DNA of 64,000 nucleotides from an uncultured Candidatus Rokubacteria bacterium (GTDB lineage: Bacteria; Methylomirabilota; Methylomirabilia; Rokubacteriales; CSP1-6). Position numbers and translations under genes: made by a program. Position 1 is the first letter of the stretch. Each line of letters starts with the position of its first letter. Below, piece by piece: positions 41,610 to 52,562 of the stretch. The stretch lies in the NCBI GenBank assembly GCA_963754315.1, contig CAVWFS010000008.1, forward strand, positions 128,001 to 192,000. Reading direction: 5' to 3'. The notes under the pieces were generated by a model. That model was not told where the DNA came from. It did not search any database and saw nothing but the letters and a program-made list of their open reading frames with translations.

Positions 41610-42358
41610 GGGTCGCTGATGCCCGGGCCGACGGCCGTCCCCAGGTAGGCCTCGATCACGGCGGGGTTGCTGGTGATCGTCCGCGGTTCTCCCTCGGCGA
41701 GCTTGCGCCCCTGATGGAGGACGATGACCTGATCGACCACCCGCAGTAAAACCGCGACCGCGTGCTCGATCCACACCACCGCCAGGCCGAGCTCGTCCCG
41801 GCACCGCCGAATCAGGCGGGCCATGCTTTCGATCTCGAGCTCGGTCAAGCCGGCCGCGACCTCGTCGAGCAGCAGGACACGCGGCCGCGCCGCCAGCGCC
41901 ATGCCGATCTCGAGTAGGCGCTGACGGGCTGGTGTGATCGAGCGGGTCGGCCACTCGGCGGCGTCCGTCAGGCCGAGAAATCCGAGGATGGCCGGGACAT
42001 TCCCGAGCGTGGCGCGCTCGTGCCGGCGGCGTCGGCCGGCAAACTCGAGGCCGAAGCGTACGCACTCAGCGACGCTCATCCCCGCGAACACCCTCGGTGT
42101 CTGGAACGTGCGCGCGATTCCGGCCCAGGCGAACACGTGGGCTGGCTTCCCGGTGAGGTCGGCGCCGGCGACGAGCAATCGGCCCGCGGTGGGCGGCACG
42201 ACGCCGGACAGGGCATTGAAGAAGGTGGTCTTGCCGGCACCGTTGGGCCCGATGATCCCGACCAGGGCTTCCTCGGAAAGGTCGAGGTCAACCTGGTCGA
42301 CTGCGGTCAGGCCTCCGAAGCGGACGACGATGCCGCGCGCGTCGAGGATGGTCGTCAC
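41606..42358 (-). CDS. Branched-chain amino acid ABC ATPase (LivG-like)
   Basis: GPNGAGKT, ARTFQ and AYLG motifs. Confidence 0.92.
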   Translation of the reverse strand: MTTILDARGIVVRFGGLTAVDQVDLDLSEEALVGIIGPNGAGKTTFFNALSGVVPPTAGRLLVAGADLTGKPAHVFAWAGIARTFQTPRVFAGMSVAECVRFGLEFAGRRRRHERATLGNVPAILGFLGLTDAAEWPTRSITPARQRLLEIGMALAARPRVLLLDEVAAGLTELEIESMARLIRRCRDELGLAVVWIEHAVAVLLRVVDQVIVLHQGRKLAEGEPRTITSNPAVIEAYLGTAVGPGISDP

Positions 42359-43281
42359 GACGTCACTCCCTGGCGCCGCGGCGTACCCACGCGGTGGCTC
42401 CAGAGACCAGCGAGGCCGTGGGGTAGGTAGAGGACGGCCACGATCAGCACGAGGCCGAGAAGCACCAGATAGACGTAAGGGAACTGGAGCCGGAGAAACT
42501 CGGCCAGCAGGCTGAACACGACGGCAGCGATGATGGGACCGCCGAGGCTCATGGCACCGCCGACCATGGCGATGAGCACGGTCTGGAGCCCAATGAATGG
42601 GCTGAAGACGGCGGCCGGATCGATGTAGGTCCAGCGCACAGCCATGGCGGCGCCCACGGCGCCGGCAAACGCGGCGCTGGCCGTGAAGCCTGCCACCTTG
42701 ACCCAGCGTGTCGGCACCCCGAGCGTCTGCGCACGTTGCTCGTCGTCACCGATGCCGTTGAGAGCAAGTCCGAAGCGGCTGCGACGAACCAGCACGGTGG
42801 TGCCGACCGCCGCGGCCGCGATCGCGAGCACCGTGTAGTACACGGTGAGATTCGAAGGCACCACGGTGAGCACGCGCCCGACGGTTCCCGCGTATTGCTT
42901 CTCCCCGTAGGTGATGGCATGGCGTACGAGCTCGCTCAGGCCGAAGGTGAGGACCGCGAAGTAGGTCCCGCGTAGATGCAGGATGGCCGCGCCCGCGAGC
43001 GCGGCGAAGGCCACCGCCACTCCGGCTCCACCGGCAACGACCAACGGCCACGGCAGAACGGTCAGACTCCAGGCGGAGACGTAGGCGCCCAGTCCGAAGA
43101 AGGCCGAGGTTCCGAGCGAGACATAGCGGGTGGCCCCTGAGAACATCGCCCAGCTCGTGGCCAGCGCCACGTACATCAGGCACGACAGCGCGAGAGACAC
43201 GAGAAAGTCCTCGAGCAGGAATGGCAGCAGAGCGGCTATCGCGATACCGGCCGCCCCGGCCACACTCGCTCGCCCTCGCAT
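42355..43281 (-). CDS. Branched-chain amino acid ABC permease (LivM-like)
   Basis: Hydrophobic; AFFGLGAY and GTYFAVLT motifs. Confidence 0.9.
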   Translation of the reverse strand: MRGRASVAGAAGIAIAALLPFLLEDFLVSLALSCLMYVALATSWAMFSGATRYVSLGTSAFFGLGAYVSAWSLTVLPWPLVVAGGAGVAVAFAALAGAAILHLRGTYFAVLTFGLSELVRHAITYGEKQYAGTVGRVLTVVPSNLTVYYTVLAIAAAAVGTTVLVRRSRFGLALNGIGDDEQRAQTLGVPTRWVKVAGFTASAAFAGAVGAAMAVRWTYIDPAAVFSPFIGLQTVLIAMVGGAMSLGGPIIAAVVFSLLAEFLRLQFPYVYLVLLGLVLIVAVLYLPHGLAGLWSHRVGTPRRQGVTS

Positions 43282-44150
43282 CAGCGTGCGAACAGGCCGT
43301 TGGGGCGCGTGATCAGTACCAGAATGAAGACGCCGTACGACAGCACCATCTTGAGTGAGGGGCTCGTGAGCTGCATTCCCATGGCTTCGACCACCCCCAG
43401 CAACAACCCTCCGAGCAGGCTGCCCGTGATGCTGCCGAAGCCGCCGAGGGTAATGACGATCAGCGCGCTCACCGTGTACGGTTCCCCCATCGAGGGTGAG
43501 ATCTCGAAGACCATTGACAGGAGGGCCCCGGCGGCGCCGGCCAAGGCGAGACCGAAGCCGAACACCGCGGGGTGCAAGCGGCGAACATCGATGCCGACGA
43601 GGAGCGCACCCGTCGGTGATTGCATCATGGCGCGCACGGCCTTGCCGAGCAACGTCGTCCTGAGGAGCAGGATGAGACCGAGGCTCAGCCCGAGCGCGCC
43701 CCCGAACGCCACCAGCCGATTCGCCGTGAATTCCAGGCCGAGCACCGACACCCGTTCCGTCAAGTACGGATAGCCGCGCAGATCGGCCCCCCAGATCAGC
43801 AGCGCGACGTTCTGGACGAGAAACATGAGGCCGAAGCTGACCAGGAGACTACGCGCCTCGAACGTCTCCACGTCCGGCGTCGTCTCGGCCAGACGGCGAA
43901 AGCAGAGGCGGTGGATGGTGAGACCGACGATGAACAGGCTTCCGAGGACGGCCGGAAGGAAGGCAAAGGGCCCTACCCCGGTCAGCAGGTGGGCCCAGTA
44001 GGTGAGGTAGGCGCCTAGCATCAGGAACTCGCCGTGCGATACGTTCAAGACGCGCAGGAGCCCGTATTGCAGGTTCAATCCAATTGCCACCAAGGCGTAG
44101 ATGCCCCCGGTGATCAGACCGGACACCACCAGTTCGATCCACAGTCTCAT
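43281..44150 (-). CDS. Branched-chain amino acid ABC permease (LivH-like)
   Basis: YALVAIGL, NVSHGEFLMLGAY and GGFGS motifs. Confidence 0.92.
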   Translation of the reverse strand: MRLWIELVVSGLITGGIYALVAIGLNLQYGLLRVLNVSHGEFLMLGAYLTYWAHLLTGVGPFAFLPAVLGSLFIVGLTIHRLCFRRLAETTPDVETFEARSLLVSFGLMFLVQNVALLIWGADLRGYPYLTERVSVLGLEFTANRLVAFGGALGLSLGLILLLRTTLLGKAVRAMMQSPTGALLVGIDVRRLHPAVFGFGLALAGAAGALLSMVFEISPSMGEPYTVSALIVITLGGFGSITGSLLGGLLLGVVEAMGMQLTSPSLKMVLSYGVFILVLITRPNGLFAR

Positions 44151-44175
44151 GGTGCGCCGTGGATCGGTGTGGCCG

Positions 44176-45359
44176 TTACTTCCACGCTGGCTTCGGGATC
44201 ACCTGGGTGGCGGTGGCCCGATCGGCCGGCCACACGACTTCGAAGTCACCGGCGACCCACTGGCTCACCGTGCCCGGGAACTGGATCTCCGACCCCTTGA
44301 AGCGCAGGGGGCCGAGGATGGTCGGGTGGTCTCCTCCCGCGATGTAGTCCCGGATCGCCTTGCGGTCGGCGCCGACCTTCTCGATCGCCTGCTGGAGGAT
44401 CTGCAGCCCGGCCCAGGCGTGGGCGCTGGCCCAGCGATCCGGCTCCTTCTGGAAGCGCTTCACGTGCGCCTCGAAATACGCCTTGGCGCCCGGGCTGGTT
44501 TTCACGCTCCACGACCCGATGCCGGTCACGCCATCGGCATCGGCACCCATGACCTGCTTGTAGAGCGGAAAGGCGGTGCCGACCGCCGTGTAGAACACCC
44601 GCGGGTTGAAGGCGATCTCCTTCGACTGCTTGCTGACCAGGATCGTATCGGGTGGATAGGTGAGGCCGACGAAGGCGTCCGGATTCTTGTCCTTGATGCT
44701 ACGGAGGACCGGCGACAGATCCTTGACTCCGAGCGGGTAGCTCTTCTTTTCCACGATCTCGATGCCCTTGGCCTTGACGGCCGGCTCGAAGGCGGCGATG
44801 TTTTCCAGGCCGAACAGATCGTCCATGTAGATGACGGCGACCGTCTTGACGCCGCGGGCGGCCAGCATCTCCGCGGTGGCGTTCATCAACACGTACGCCT
44901 GCGGCAACATGGAGAAGAAGTAGGGCAACTTCATCTCGATCAGTTTCATGGAGAGTGCGGTAGGAGCCAGCACCGGGTAGCCGTGCCGGTTGGCCAGCGG
45001 GGCCACCGCGAAGTTCATGGTCGAGCCCCAGGGGGGAGGATCAGGTCAACCTTGTCGGTCGTCATCAGCTTTTCGAAGGTGCGAACAGCCGTCTCCACCT
45101 CACTGCGGTCGTCGTAGCCGATCAGCTCGATCTTGCGCTTGTGGCCTTTGACGTCGAGTCCGCCAGCGGCGTTCACCTGCTCGGCCCATAGGATGTAGTT
45201 GGGCTCCTGGGTGACCTGGGCGCCCGGCGCGAAGGGGCCGGTGCGGGAGATGGCGTACCCCACCTTGAGGGGCGGACCCTCATGCTGCGCTCCCGCGTTC
45301 AGACTGAGGCCGGCCAGAGCACAGAAAGCAGCGAGCGTGTAGAGCACGGCTCGGATCAT
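44176..45359 (-). pseudogene. Liv-type ABC substrate-binding protein, split by a -1 indel in the G6 run at 45031-45036
   Basis: Adding one base restores ILPPWGSTMNFAV between the two ORFs; signal peptide at the N-terminus. Confidence 0.88.
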
Positions 45360-45534
45360 CGTGACGTCTCCCCTCATCGTGGATGGTGAGCGGACGACCT
45401 CCCGGGAAGCGGCGAGGAACTATCCCTACCGAGGCGAGGCCGGTCCGCGGCCGATTGTGGCATGGGCGACTCTCGTCGACAAGCGCCCGGCCGCGTCATG
45501 GAGCACTACGCAGATGAGAACTCCGAACCTCCAC

Positions 45535-45885
45535 TCACTCGGCTTCCATCAGGTAACTGATCAACCGCCGGATCTTGCCGCCCTGCATCTCGAACACATC
45601 GCAGAACGCCAGGTTCAAGACGGTGCCGTCTCTTCGCTGCGTGCGTACCGATCCCTCCGTGACCACGACATCGTCATCTTCTAACAGACGTGTCACGGTG
45701 ATCGCGGGGCTGCCAACAAAGCCATCGTCTTCGATCTGCTTGTCGAACGCGTCCTTGCCCCGCACGTGGAAGACCCCCGGGATCTCCCACTCAACGTCGT
45801 CCGTCAGACACGACAGAATCTGGTCATGGTCGCTTCTTCTGAAGCCGTCCATGTACCTCCGTACCGTCGTCTTGTTTTCCGTCAT
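45535..45885 (-). CDS. SnoaL-like / NTF2 family protein
   Basis: LTDDVEWEIPG...FCDVFEM..GKI pattern. Confidence 0.85.
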   Translation of the reverse strand: MTENKTTVRRYMDGFRRSDHDQILSCLTDDVEWEIPGVFHVRGKDAFDKQIEDDGFVGSPAITVTRLLEDDDVVVTEGSVRTQRRDGTVLNLAFCDVFEMQGGKIRRLISYLMEAE

Positions 45886-46226
45886 GGCTGACCTCCGACC
45901 CAGCGCGGGAGCAATACGATCAGGAGCCAGATGGTCGAAGCGACGGCCAGCGTGACCAGGAACCCCCACTCCTGTCGGAAACCGATCCAGCATGCCAACA
46001 CGAAGACTAAACTCGCGCAAGCGCCGATGACCATGGTCCCGACAAAGTCGGCGGTCTGGCGCTGGTCGCCCCTACTCGAGGCGAACACAATCCACATGGC
46101 CAGGGGAGCCGTGAGGGGCATGGTGGCAATGATGGCGGCGAGAGGGCGAGAACGTTCCTGAACCACGGCCACCAGAATGACAATCAGCACTGACAACGCT
46201 ACGGTCACCGCTCGTTCCGACATCAC
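45882..46226 (-). CDS. Small membrane protein (DUF3147-like)
   Basis: Four hydrophobic segments; AAIIATMPLT motif. Confidence 0.65.
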   Translation of the reverse strand: MMSERAVTVALSVLIVILVAVVQERSRPLAAIIATMPLTAPLAMWIVFASSRGDQRQTADFVGTMVIGACASLVFVLACWIGFRQEWGFLVTLAVASTIWLLIVLLPRWVGGQP

Positions 46227-46289
46227 GGGTGTGTTACTCCTTCCGAGTCACGCGCCTCATCACCGTCCGTCCAGGTCACCGATCGCGAC

Positions 46290-47129
46290 CTAGCGCGGCG
46301 TATCTCCAGCCAGCGTGATCCGGTGCATCAGGCGGCGGTAGCCGTGATAGTCGTTGATCGGATTGTGCTGGACGCAGCGGTTGTCCCACAGGGCCAGCGA
46401 CTCCGGCGCCCACACGAAACGACAGGTATGCTCGGGCCGAACCTGGTGCTGATACAGGTAGGTGAGCAGCGGGGCACTCTCCTCCTCGGTCATGTCCACG
46501 AAGCGGCTGGTGTGGGCGACGTTGACATAGAGTGCCTTGCGACCCGTTTCGGGATGGGTGCGCACCACGGGGTGCTCCGCCACGTATTCCGTGCGGGTGA
46601 CCTCGCGCCCACCGGCCTTGACCCGGTCTTCGCGGGTGCGCGTCACGTCGGCTCGGGCCGACGAATTCACGGCTCGCAGGTCTGCGAGTAAGCGTTTCAA
46701 CCCGTCTGACAAGGCCTCGTAGGCGAGGTACATGTTGGCGAACAGGGTATCGCCGCCCACCGGCGGCACCTCGCGTGCCAGCAGCATGCTGGCCATGGGC
46801 GGTGCGGACAGATACGCGGTGTCGGAATGCCAGATGCCACCGAAGTTGATCCGCTCGTGCTCCAGCTTCTTGACCTCGATGATGTCGGGGAATCCGTCTA
46901 TGCCCCTGACGAAGGGATACTCGATCGGCGTGCCGAGCGAGCGAGCGAAGGTGAGGAACTGGGCCGGGGTGAGGGGCTGATCCCGGAAGAAGACCACCAG
47001 GTGGTCGAGCCAGGCGGCGCGAATCTCGGCCAGCTGCTCGGCATCGAGCGGTTTCGCCAGATCAGCGCCCTCGATCTCGGCCCCGAGCGCGCCGGCGATA
47101 CGCCGTACACGGATCGTCCTGTATGACAT
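46290..47129 (-). CDS. TauD/TfdA family alpha-ketoglutarate-dependent dioxygenase
   Basis: WHSD, GGDTLFA, HPVVRTHPETG and WDNRCVQH motifs. Confidence 0.94.
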   Translation of the reverse strand: MSYRTIRVRRIAGALGAEIEGADLAKPLDAEQLAEIRAAWLDHLVVFFRDQPLTPAQFLTFARSLGTPIEYPFVRGIDGFPDIIEVKKLEHERINFGGIWHSDTAYLSAPPMASMLLAREVPPVGGDTLFANMYLAYEALSDGLKRLLADLRAVNSSARADVTRTREDRVKAGGREVTRTEYVAEHPVVRTHPETGRKALYVNVAHTSRFVDMTEEESAPLLTYLYQHQVRPEHTCRFVWAPESLALWDNRCVQHNPINDYHGYRRLMHRITLAGDTPR

Positions 47130-47141
47130 GCCGGCGCCGAG

Positions 47142-48035
47142 TCAGTCCAGGCGCGTCCGGATGTAGCGGCCGATACCGTCGACGGCGGCCTTGGCCTCAT
47201 CCAGCCACGGCAGGAACCAGTGCCAGACGTGGATCATGTCCGGCCACACTTCGAGCTCGACCTTTCCACCGGCCGTCCGCGTGTGGGCAGCGAGCTGAGT
47301 CGAATCGTCGAGCAGCACCTCGTCGCTGCCCACGTGAATCAGCAGGGGCGGAAGCCCGGAGAGATCGGCGAACAGCGGCGAAGCCAAGGGCGTCTTCGCA
47401 TCGGCGCCGCCGAGATAGTGCTGCGCCATCAGCAGCACGCCCTGGCGCTTGACGATCGGATCATGCGTGGCCTTGGTGTCGTAGCTGGCCCCGCCGCACG
47501 TAAGGTCGACCCAAGGGGAAATGCACACGCCGGCCGCTGGGAGGGCCAGACCGCGCTGGCGCAGGGCAAGCAGCGTGGCCACCACGAGACCACCGCCCGC
47601 GGAGTCACCGGCGACGACGATTCGTCCGGCCTCGACCCCGCGCTCCAGCAGCCATCGATACGCCGAGACGGCATCGTCCACCGCCGCCGGGAAGGGATGT
47701 TCAGGCGCCAACCGGTAGTCAGGAAACAGACATGCCATTCCCGCCGCTGCGGCGATTGCGCCGGCCAGATGCCGATGAGAGCGGGCAGACCCGATGACAT
47801 AGCCGCCGCCGTGCAAGTAGAGCAGGGCGGCATCGGTGCTGGCCATCGGCGTCCGCAGCCACTCGGCCGGCCGGCCCCCAGCCTGAACCGATTCCACCGC
47901 CATCTCGGGTGGAAGCGCGAATACCTTCTCGGCGCGGTCGTATTGCTGTCGGCGCTCGGCAATCGTCATGGTTTCCGGCGCCGGAAGCTTGCCCAAATGC
48001 GCACGCACCGCGCCGATGCCGTGAATCGTGCTCAT
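47142..48035 (-). CDS. Family IV (HSL-like) esterase/lipase
   Basis: HGGG, GDSAGG and HVW motifs. Confidence 0.93.
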   Translation of the reverse strand: MSTIHGIGAVRAHLGKLPAPETMTIAERRQQYDRAEKVFALPPEMAVESVQAGGRPAEWLRTPMASTDAALLYLHGGGYVIGSARSHRHLAGAIAAAAGMACLFPDYRLAPEHPFPAAVDDAVSAYRWLLERGVEAGRIVVAGDSAGGGLVVATLLALRQRGLALPAAGVCISPWVDLTCGGASYDTKATHDPIVKRQGVLLMAQHYLGGADAKTPLASPLFADLSGLPPLLIHVGSDEVLLDDSTQLAAHTRTAGGKVELEVWPDMIHVWHWFLPWLDEAKAAVDGIGRYIRTRLD

Positions 48036-48165
48036 CGCTGCACTCCTCTGGGGTTCTCGTGGGAACCCGGGTTCTATGCTGCACGCGTCACGATCACTCC
48101 TTGCTCGCCCCCGCCCGGCATCGATAGTACCGCAGCCCGAGCCACGCAAACCCTGCTGGCGCTCC

Positions 48166-49872
48166 TTACAGAGTTTGCGCCCGCGCGCGCAGCTCGTATT
48201 TCTGGATCTTGCCGGTGGCCGTGGTGGGCAGCGGCCCGAAGATCACCGTGCGCGGCGTCGCGAAGTGCGGGAGATGATCACGGGCGAAAGCCATGAGCTC
48301 TGCCTCCGTCGCCTGCATGCCTGGCCGCAGCTCGACGAAGGCGCATGGAGTCTCTCCCCATTTCGCATCGGGGCGCGCCACCACCGCGGCCAGGGCCACC
48401 GCCGGATGGCGGAGGAGCGCCGCTTCCACCTCGATCGACGCGATGTTCTCGCCGCCCGAAATGATGATGTCCTTCAGCCGATCCTTGATCTCGACGTAGC
48501 CGTCGGGGTGCTGAACGGCCAGGTCGCCCGTGTGAAACCAGCCCCCCGCGAAGGCGGCATCGGTAGCCGCGCGGTCTTTCAGGTACCCGAGCATGACCGT
48601 ATTGCCGCGGAGCATGATTTCACCCGTGGTTCGGCCGTCGGGGACGACCGGAGCCAAGGTCCGCTGGTCGGCGACCATTTGGCCTTCGACGACGTGATAT
48701 CGCACTCCCTGTTTGGCCTGGCGAACAGCCTGCTCCTCCGGACCGAGGGCGGCCCAGTCGTCTTGCCATGCGCAGAGTGTCGAGGGACCGAGGACTTCGG
48801 TGAGCCCGTAGATGTGCTGGACGCGGAAGCCCATCTCGCCCATGGCCCGGATGATCTTGGCAGGAGGGGCCGCCCCGCCGGTCTGGATGTCCACCACGTG
48901 ATCGAAGCGCGCCTTGTGCTCGTCCGGCGCGTTGATGAGCATGCTGAGCACGGTGGGCGCCCCGACCATGTTCGTCACGCGGTGGACAGCGATGAGACGA
49001 AAGATCAGAGCGGGGTCCACCCGCCGCAGACACACGTGGGTTCCGGCCATGGCGGTAACCGACCACGGAAAGCACCAGCCGTTCGCGTGGAATATGGGGA
49101 GCGTCCAGAGGTAGACGCATCCCGGTGGCAAGTGCCACGAGAGAATGTGGCCAATGGTCTCCATGTACGTCCCACGGTGATGGAAGACCACGCCCTTTGG
49201 CTGCCCCGTCGTCCCCGACGTGTAGTTGAGGGCGATCGGTTGCCACTCATCAGCGAGGGGAACTGGTTCGAAGTCGGCAGACCCCTCGGCCAGGAGCTCC
49301 TCGTACTCGGCCTCGCCGAGGCGCTCTCCGGGCCCGCTGTAAAGTGGGTCATCGACGTCGATGACGAGCAACGGCCGGCCCAGCTGGCGAAGGGCGGAGC
49401 CCACGGTCGGCGCGTACTCCCGATCGGTGATGAGCACCTTTGCCTCGCCGTGGTCGAGGATGTAGGCGATGGTGCGAGCGTCGAGGCGCACGTTGATCGC
49501 GTTGAGCACGGCGCCGAGCAGCGGCACGCTCTCGTGCACTTCCAGCATCGCCGGAACATTGGGGAGCACCACCGAGACCGTGTCCCCCACGCCGATGCCC
49601 CGCGCCGCAAGCGCGGAGGCGAGCCGCCGGGTGCGCGCATGGTACTCCCGGTACGTGATGCGCCGTTCGCCATGCACGATCGCCGTCCGCTGGGGATAGA
49701 CCGCCGCCGTGCGCGGCAGGAAGCTGATCGGGGTGAGAGGGACGAAGTTCGCGGCCGTGGGGCCCAGACCGGTCCGAGACACGCGTCGCCTCGTCCGGTC
49801 CCCCTCCCCCGAGGGCACTGCCCTTCTCGAACTCGTTACTCTTGCCCCACTGTTCCGCGTCGACTTCGCCAT
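48166..49872 (-). CDS. Acyl-CoA synthetase (AMP-binding)
   Basis: YTSGTTGQPKG, YGLTE, WFHTGD and TGKIQK motifs. Confidence 0.94.
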   Translation of the reverse strand: MAKSTRNSGARVTSSRRAVPSGEGDRTRRRVSRTGLGPTAANFVPLTPISFLPRTAAVYPQRTAIVHGERRITYREYHARTRRLASALAARGIGVGDTVSVVLPNVPAMLEVHESVPLLGAVLNAINVRLDARTIAYILDHGEAKVLITDREYAPTVGSALRQLGRPLLVIDVDDPLYSGPGERLGEAEYEELLAEGSADFEPVPLADEWQPIALNYTSGTTGQPKGVVFHHRGTYMETIGHILSWHLPPGCVYLWTLPIFHANGWCFPWSVTAMAGTHVCLRRVDPALIFRLIAVHRVTNMVGAPTVLSMLINAPDEHKARFDHVVDIQTGGAAPPAKIIRAMGEMGFRVQHIYGLTEVLGPSTLCAWQDDWAALGPEEQAVRQAKQGVRYHVVEGQMVADQRTLAPVVPDGRTTGEIMLRGNTVMLGYLKDRAATDAAFAGGWFHTGDLAVQHPDGYVEIKDRLKDIIISGGENIASIEVEAALLRHPAVALAAVVARPDAKWGETPCAFVELRPGMQATEAELMAFARDHLPHFATPRTVIFGPLPTTATGKIQKYELRARAQTL

Positions 49873-50021
49873 GAGCCGCCTCCTGCCGCCGTCGGCTGAC
49901 GGCGATGATACCGCCCGCGGCGCGGGTTGATCGGATCTCCCACCGCCTGCGCCTTGCCCGCACGCGTTGGCCGACGCCTATAATCGAGCCCGTCACTCTT
50001 TCCACCAGGTGGAGGACGAGC

Positions 50022-50813
50022 ATGGAGACTGGGCTTCGAGGAAAGATCGCCATGGTGTCGGGCGCGAGCAAGGGCATCGGCCGCGCCGTTGCTGAGAAGC
50101 TCGCCGCCGAAGGGACGAGCCTCTCGCTCTGTGCGCGTAGTGAGGCCCAGCTCCGCGCGGTCACCGATGAGATCGAGACCAAGCACGGCGTCACCTGCCT
50201 CGCCTGCCCGGCCGACCTCAGCCGGGCGGAGGGCATCCAGGACTGGGTGCGCGCCACCCTGGCCAGGTTCGGGAGCATCGACATCCTCGTGAACAACGCG
50301 GGCGCAGCTCAAGGCGGCCCCTTCCTCTCGTTGGCCGACCAGGTGTGGCTCGACAGCTGGCAGCTCAAGCTCTTCGGCTACATCCGGGTCGCCCGGGAGG
50401 TCTTCCCCCATCTCGTCAAACGCGGCGGCGGCCGGATCGTGAACGTGATCGGCATCGCCGGCGTTCAGCCCATGGAAAACTACATGATCGGCGGTGCCGC
50501 CAACGCCGCGCTCCTCAACTTCACCAAAGCGCTCGCCGACGAGGGCGCTCCTCACGGCATCCTCGTGACGGGCGTGAACCCGGGGCCGATCCGCACCGAG
50601 CGCTGGGCAGGGATTCTGACGAAGTGGGGCGCGGCGAAGGGCGTAACGGCGGCGGAGGCGGAGCGGGACATCCTGAGGGGTGTGCCGCTGCGCCGGCCCG
50701 GAGAGGCGAATGAGGTCGCTAATCTCGTCGTATTCCTGGCTTCGGAGCTCTCGGGTTACATCACCGGAACCACCATCGCCGTGGACGGTGGCATGACGCG
50801 AACCATATTCTGA
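50022..50813 (+). CDS. SDR family oxidoreductase
   Basis: SGASKGIG, NNAG and VNPG motifs; GGAGG upstream. Confidence 0.92.
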   Translation: METGLRGKIAMVSGASKGIGRAVAEKLAAEGTSLSLCARSEAQLRAVTDEIETKHGVTCLACPADLSRAEGIQDWVRATLARFGSIDILVNNAGAAQGGPFLSLADQVWLDSWQLKLFGYIRVAREVFPHLVKRGGGRIVNVIGIAGVQPMENYMIGGAANAALLNFTKALADEGAPHGILVTGVNPGPIRTERWAGILTKWGAAKGVTAAEAERDILRGVPLRRPGEANEVANLVVFLASELSGYITGTTIAVDGGMTRTIF

Positions 50814-50833
50814 TCTCGAGGGGGACCTCAGCC

Positions 50834-52558
50834 TTAGACCCGGAATAGCGCGCCCAACCTGCGGCCGAGGATCGCGCTCGCGCCGATGATGGTCACGGCC
50901 AGGAAGGCCATGGCCCACACGCCGAGGGCGCTGGCGACATAGGCGCCTGTCCCGATCAGCTGGAACAGCTCGTAAATGGTCTTGGTGATCGGGTAGCTGT
51001 CTTGGCGCTGGGCGAGCATGAGGCTATCGCTCACCTCTAGCATGCTGAAGGCAAAGGCCAGGAGGATACCGCCAATGATGTTGGCGGTGATCAACGGCAT
51101 TGTGATTCGACGCAGGGTGGTGAAAGAGCGCGCGCCGAGGTTGGTCGCGGCCTCTTCCAGGGTGACGCTCGTCTGCTGCAACCCGGCCACCGCGCTCCGA
51201 ACCATGTAGGGGAGCCGCCGAATCGCGTAGGCCAGGGCCAGAAACAGCGTGGGGTTGGTCTGCACGTCGACAAGCTGACGGAGGAAGATGCTGTCCTTCA
51301 CGACATCCAGGCGTGCGAGCCAGGCGCTGACGGATAGGTACCCGAACGCGATCACCAGTCCCGGTACGGCAAGAGGCAGCATGGCCACGCTGTCGAGAAA
51401 GCCACGGACGGGGAGATCACTGCGGACGACGACCAGGGCAATGGTCAGGCCAAGAATCAGATCCACCCCGACGGCCAGCGAGGCGTACAGGAGGCTGTTC
51501 TTGATGCTGAGGACCGTCAGCGGGTGGCCCAGGGCGTCGGCGTAGTTCTCCATCGTGAAGGCTTGGGGGAGCACCGAGCGATACCAGGTGCCCGGCACGG
51601 CGAAGCTAGTCAGGATGACCCCCAGGTGTGGAATCAGAGCCGCGCCGGTGACCGTCGCAAACGCCAACGGTACGCCGATGCGCCCCACAAGGCCGAGGGG
51701 GACCGGGGCGGCGGCGACGGGGGCATCGGCCTGCAGCGCGTAGTGCCCGCCGCCGAGCACGACCCGAGCGAGCGAGTACAGGAGCACGCTCGCCCCCAGC
51801 ATCACGAAGACGAGGGCGTACGGAAATGGGTTGGTCCCAATTTCCTTGAGGGCATCGAAGATCTGCACGGGTGTGCAGCGCGTGTACCCCATGATCAACG
51901 GTGTGCCAAGCTCCGTGAAGGCCCACACGAACACAATGGTGGCGCCCGCGAAGAGGCCGGGCATGATCAGGGGGAGGGTGATCCGGCGAAATCGGGTGAC
52001 ACCGCGCGCGCCGAGATTGGCGGCAACCTGCTCCATGGCCGGATCGACATGGCCGAGCGCCGCCACCACGCTTAGGTACATGACCGGGTACAGCGACAGC
52101 GCCTGCAAGGTGATGACGCCCCAGTAGCCAGCCTGCCCCACGACGTCGATCGGCCCGAGACCGGTCCAGCGCGCGAGAAGCACGTTGAACGAGCCGTAGA
52201 CGCCGAAGATCTGCTGGAAGCCGATGGCGCCCACGAAGGGCGGCAGGATCATGGGCACCAGGAGCAGTGCCTGCAAGATCGGCTTGCCCGGGAACTGGTA
52301 TCGGTTGGCCATCCAGGCCAGCGGCACCGCGATGAGCAGGACGAGCGTCGTCGTCCCCACCGCGATCCTGAGGCTCCGGATCAGACCCTCGACGTACACA
52401 GGATTCTGAAAGACGCCGGCCAGGAAGCGCAAGGTGAAGCGGCCATCTTCCAGGAACCCGCCACGGATGACCCAGGCCAGGGGCCAAAGAAGGGCAACGC
52501 CAAAGACGCCGAGGATCGCAATGCTGATGAGCCAGGCGGTGGAGCGGCGCATGGCCAT
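50834..52558 (-). CDS. Fe(III)/thiamine-type ABC transporter double permease
   Basis: Two permease halves, each with an EAA-like motif (MEQVAANLGA; LEEAATNLGA). Confidence 0.9.
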   Translation of the reverse strand: MAMRRSTAWLISIAILGVFGVALLWPLAWVIRGGFLEDGRFTLRFLAGVFQNPVYVEGLIRSLRIAVGTTTLVLLIAVPLAWMANRYQFPGKPILQALLLVPMILPPFVGAIGFQQIFGVYGSFNVLLARWTGLGPIDVVGQAGYWGVITLQALSLYPVMYLSVVAALGHVDPAMEQVAANLGARGVTRFRRITLPLIMPGLFAGATIVFVWAFTELGTPLIMGYTRCTPVQIFDALKEIGTNPFPYALVFVMLGASVLLYSLARVVLGGGHYALQADAPVAAAPVPLGLVGRIGVPLAFATVTGAALIPHLGVILTSFAVPGTWYRSVLPQAFTMENYADALGHPLTVLSIKNSLLYASLAVGVDLILGLTIALVVVRSDLPVRGFLDSVAMLPLAVPGLVIAFGYLSVSAWLARLDVVKDSIFLRQLVDVQTNPTLFLALAYAIRRLPYMVRSAVAGLQQTSVTLEEAATNLGARSFTTLRRITMPLITANIIGGILLAFAFSMLEVSDSLMLAQRQDSYPITKTIYELFQLIGTGAYVASALGVWAMAFLAVTIIGASAILGRRLGALFRV

Positions 52559-52562
52559 CGCC